Of a DNA stretch of 64,000 nucleotides, positions 60,068-64,000 are shown piece after piece; the first letter of the stretch is position 1, and each line of letters opens with the position of its first letter. A program made the position numbers and the translations under genes. This stretch comes from Squalus acanthias. Taxonomy: Eukaryota. The stretch is taken from positions 129,334,001 to 129,398,000 of the forward strand of contig CM059432.1 in the NCBI GenBank assembly GCA_030390025.1, in the 5' to 3' direction. Under the pieces are notes generated by a model. It was given only the letters and a program-made list of their open reading frames with translations. It ran no database searches and was not told where the DNA came from.

Positions 60068-60914
60068 TAATGGAGGCCAGCAAGATCATGAAGGGTTAAG
60101 GTAAGATAGAGAGTAATAGATTGCTTTCGATGGTCGAGGAGATAATAACAAGAGGGCACAAATTTAAGATAATCATAAAGACAATTAAAGGGGAGGTTAG
60201 AAAAAAAACTATTTCCACAGAGAGTGCTTAGAAATTGGATTTTTATGGCAAAAGCTGTTGCTGAAGCACAGTCCATAAATTCTTTTAAAAGGGAACTAGA
60301 GAGTTGCTTGAAAAAGAGGAATATTAAAGGGTATGTGGAGCAAGCAGGAAAGTGGAATTAGACTACATAGCGAATGTGGAATAAATTACCAGCACAGACT
60401 TGGTGGGCTGACTATCCTGTATCTGTGCTGTAAAATTCTATCGTTTACAGCCTCCTCAGTGATTCCCGAGTTTTCGCCTCCGCTATCTTATCAGGCATTA
60501 ATCACCCTTTGTGTAAATCAGTGCTTTCTGACATCAGCCATGGACTTACCTTTTACTAATTTGCTCCTCTGTTTCCTTGATGATTTAACCTGAAATATCG
60601 CTCTGGCTTAACCTTATTATCTGAAATACCTTGACAAGGTCCTCTTTCATTCACCGCCTTTCAAAGTTGAAAAGTTTGAGTTTTTCAAACCGTTCCTTAT
60701 AGCTCAATTCACTGACACTACAGATGAACCGTATGGCCCTTCTCTGCACTGTATCAGGGCCTGCATGTTTCCCATGTTCTTCAGTGACCAGAATGAAGGC
60801 AGCACACAAGCTGTATCCTGACTAGAGCACTACATGCTTCGGTATGACAAAAGTAGATTTATATTCTACTGATTTGGCAATATAGGTCAGCATTCTGTTT
60901 GCTTTGTTGATTAC

Positions 60915-62238
60915 TGTAGGCTTCGCAAAATCCCCCAGAAACTCGAATAGAACCCTAAAAGGGGTGAATTTTGGATTTTTCATACAAATTTGGGATGATA
61001 GGACCTAAGTGAAATGATTTGAGGTAAAAACCTCAGTTTTGGACGTTCTTAAGGATCAGGGTAGAAAACCCCTGAGGAAAATGACTTTGGATATTTACTA
61101 TTGGGAAAAACACCTTTCACAGAGACAAGACAGTCTGCAGAGGGGTGTGGCGAGGCAGTGGACAGCTTTTGGATTTTGGGGCCCAGTCAAGCTGTCTGGA
61201 GAATGTTTGCACTGCAATCCAAGCAGGAGGAAGAGCCTCATCCAAAACCTCACAAACACATCCAAAAATGAATAATCCAAGACCCCTTTTGAAAATCCCC
61301 AGGCCCAAACAGGATGCTAGAAGCCTGAATAACAATAAAACATCCAGTACACTCATCACCCCATCAAAACCCAAAACACAAAACCAATCACCTGTAATCA
61401 ACCGAAGAGATCGACAGGACGCAAGCCATTTGACACTTAGTAAAGTCGTTACTGTTAACGAGGTCTTACCATGACCAGGATTTGATTTGGTTTTGACAAG
61501 GCCACTTCAATTTAGTATAATTGAAGGCCCATCAAGCAGTTACAACGGTTTCAGTAAGAAGGGAGTTACAGTTCTCCAGTTACAGTTCAAGTTCAATAGA
61601 AGGCAGTTCTGCAGTTCAATCGAAAAGCCTGTGTTGAACAGAAGTCAGAGCTGCAGTTACAGAAGCAGGCAGAAGGCAGTTTCCACAGTTCTGCAAGAAG
61701 GCAGTTCGACAGCTCGGAAGAAGACAGTTTAAACAGAGGCAGAGTTACAGCAAGAAGTTAAACAAAGAAGGCCAACAACTTCACAAGCAGACCGACACGC
61801 AAGAAGAAACCAGAGCGACTGCCTCAGTGACCATCGGACACCTCGCGGCAACAAGGGCCTTACGAAACTTTTTACTCAAAAGACTCTAAACCCTAACTCT
61901 CAACTGTCAAAGATTCGTTTGGTGAGCATTATCCCTGGTTCTCCAGAGTCCAACCTAGCTAGTGAAGTGGGATTGGGAGGGGTGAAGTATTCTTCTAATG
62001 TTATTTCCCTCGCTTGTACCAATGTGTTCCCCAACCTGTGTTTAAGCATTAAGAGTGTTTTAAGTTTGTTACCTTTTTCTTTTAATAAAGTTAAAACTCT
62101 TTCATCCAAACCTGTTGTCTACTGCATCTTTGTTCACAACCCCTAAATAAGTCCAAGGTCTAGAACCAGGGGCGTGGGAGCGATTCGAACAGCTCACTGA
62201 GTCAGAGGTGAGGTTGACCCCACACACCACCCCCTACA
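60915..62238 (+). mobile_element. Solo LTR (1324 bp)
   Basis: TGTAGG...CCTACA termini, 5-bp TSD ATTAC (60910-60914 / 62239-62243), AATAAA at ~62084. Interrupts a minus-strand CR1 remnant. Confidence 0.85.
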
Positions 62239-62499
62239 ATTACCATCTTTAATGACTGGGTCTTATTGAAGATGAGCCTGGTATCATTCCTAGATCCCTA
62301 TCAGCCTCTCCCCTAGATAGTTTGACACCATTTGTTGAGTAAGCATATCTATTAAATCTCTGCTGACTGCCTGGCTGCATGTGTTGAGCAATAACAGCAT
62401 TCCACAAAAATGCTCACGTATATCTTCCCCACGACTGATGTTAGACTAAATGGTGTATAATTAGCAGATTCATATCACACTTTTCATTTAATATCAGTA

Positions 62500-62808
62500 A
62501 AACCTCCCAAACCCACGACCTCTAATGCCTAGAAGGACAAGAGCAGCAGCCGCATGTGAACACCATCACCTCCAAGTTCCCCTCCAAGTTACACACCATT
62601 CTGATTTGGAAATATATCGCCATTCCTTCATCGTCACTGGGTCAAATTCCTGGAACTCCCTCCCTAACAGCACTGTGGGAGTACCTTCACCACGCGGATT
62701 GCAGCGGTTCAAGAAGACGGCTCACCACCTCCTTCTCAAGGGCAATTCAGGATGAGCAATAAATGCTGGCCTTGCCAGCAATGCCACATCCCATGAATGA
62801 ATGAAAAA
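62500..62808 (+). mobile_element. Family B LINE 3' end
   Basis: PRRTRAA...WNSLPNSTVGVPSP and GAATGAATGAAAAAA tail. Confidence 0.85.
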
Positions 62809-62947
62809 ATCTTTGGCTATCCTCTAGCCCTCAGCTACAGTCTCCATATTAACAAAGCTCTTAAACAGAGCCATACCCTTTTCCTCATTCATTTTCTTTG
62901 AGTACTTTAGCTGTATCCTATCTGCTAAGATGCACCTTAGACATTTA

Positions 62948-64000
62948 GGGGGTGAAATTCTGCAAACCAAAAACTGGCATGCAGCATTGACTGACACGTT
63001 CATCCTTTGGACCAGAGTTTTCAAGTGTTTACCATTGGCTACATTGCAGGACTGGCTCTAAAGGGGTTGTGCACTTTACCAAACATAACAGCAGCACAAC
63101 AATACTAAAGTTTGTCCTATGGAGCCTCCATCATTTTTTCACAAGAGGAGATAACAGGGGTAATTGTTCGGGGGGTCAGCGGGCATGTTTGGTGGTGGGT
63201 CGGGTGGGACATTTTTTTTCTGACAGCGGGTCAGCAACCCGTTGTCAATCTGCCGCCTCATGACTTTCCCAGATGTCGGGTCTGAAAACGCTGAACAGAC
63301 CCAACACGCAGCGGCGGGGGAGGCAATTTAAGTCATTATGACCTTGTTAAGAGCTACTTAAAAAGTATTTTGAGCTCACCTTTAAATTTTATGAGGTCAC
63401 CCACGGGGTCTACGCTGCTCGGGGATCACATCAGGTAAGCAGGTCGGGAGTTATGTTACCATGAAATCATCTCTTTACTTGACAGCTGCAAATGTGCTAT
63501 AAAAGCTCCCATCTCATAGCTGTTCACTTTCCAAGCTCAGAAGCTGTTGCTTACTGCATTTGGAAGACAGATTGAGCTTTATGCAGGTTGCAAGTGTTTG
63601 GAGTAAACTCTCTATCCAGTGTCACCTCATTGGAACAACCTCTCTCACCATTGACAGATCGCTTCTGTCATCTCAACTTCACCTGCCATCTATTCCATCA
63701 GCATCGGTGCCCTTGAAACTATCTCACCTTGGTTCTCAGAATCCCTCCACAATCAGCCCCAACACCAGCAGCACCAGGCACACCAACAGCACCAACAACA
63801 ACACCAACCTTCTCCGCAATCAACTGATGCTGCACAGGACACAGGGCATCAGCACCCGACCACATTGTTGCCCGGGAACCCAGGGATGGCGTCACCATGG
63901 CCAGATTTACTTCACTTGACACTGTACACCCTGGCTGCCACATGTGTTATGTTTCACCATTCACTGCAACTCACTAAGCTACTTCCAAAGGTGCACACAA
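62948..64000 (+). mobile_element. Probable Harbinger-related left end(s) running off the window
   Basis: GGGGGTGAAATT terminus and a Gln/His-rich stretch (~63760-63900) resembling Harbinger transposase N-termini. Confidence 0.4.

Overview
This is eukaryotic DNA, most likely intronic or intergenic sequence from a cartilaginous fish (inferred from the repeat repertoire), and it is almost entirely a nested transposon graveyard. No host protein-coding gene could be supported, and no element is intact. Retroelements: many CR1 LINEs (SGNH-esterase ORF1, APE/RT ORF2), a second CR1/Jockey-group LINE family, L2 and RTE fragments, Deu-domain tRNA-SINEs, two Penelope-like families carrying minimal hammerhead ribozymes, and solo LTRs. 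DNA elements: several PIF/Harbinger elements (transposase plus spliced Myb/SANT gene) and MITEs. There is also a degenerate 34-bp minisatellite split by nested insertions. Most notable: (1) a ~2-kb polyA-tailed, TSD-flanked L1/Tx1-type element encoding only a zinc-knuckle ORF1 (57013-59037); (2) Penelope hammerheads with a compensatory stem change, including a 212-bp near-palindromic ribozyme-bearing insert inside another Penelope; (3) a four-level nest with a duplicated Harbinger left end. Boundaries were read by eye and are approximate unless a TSD or TIR is quoted.
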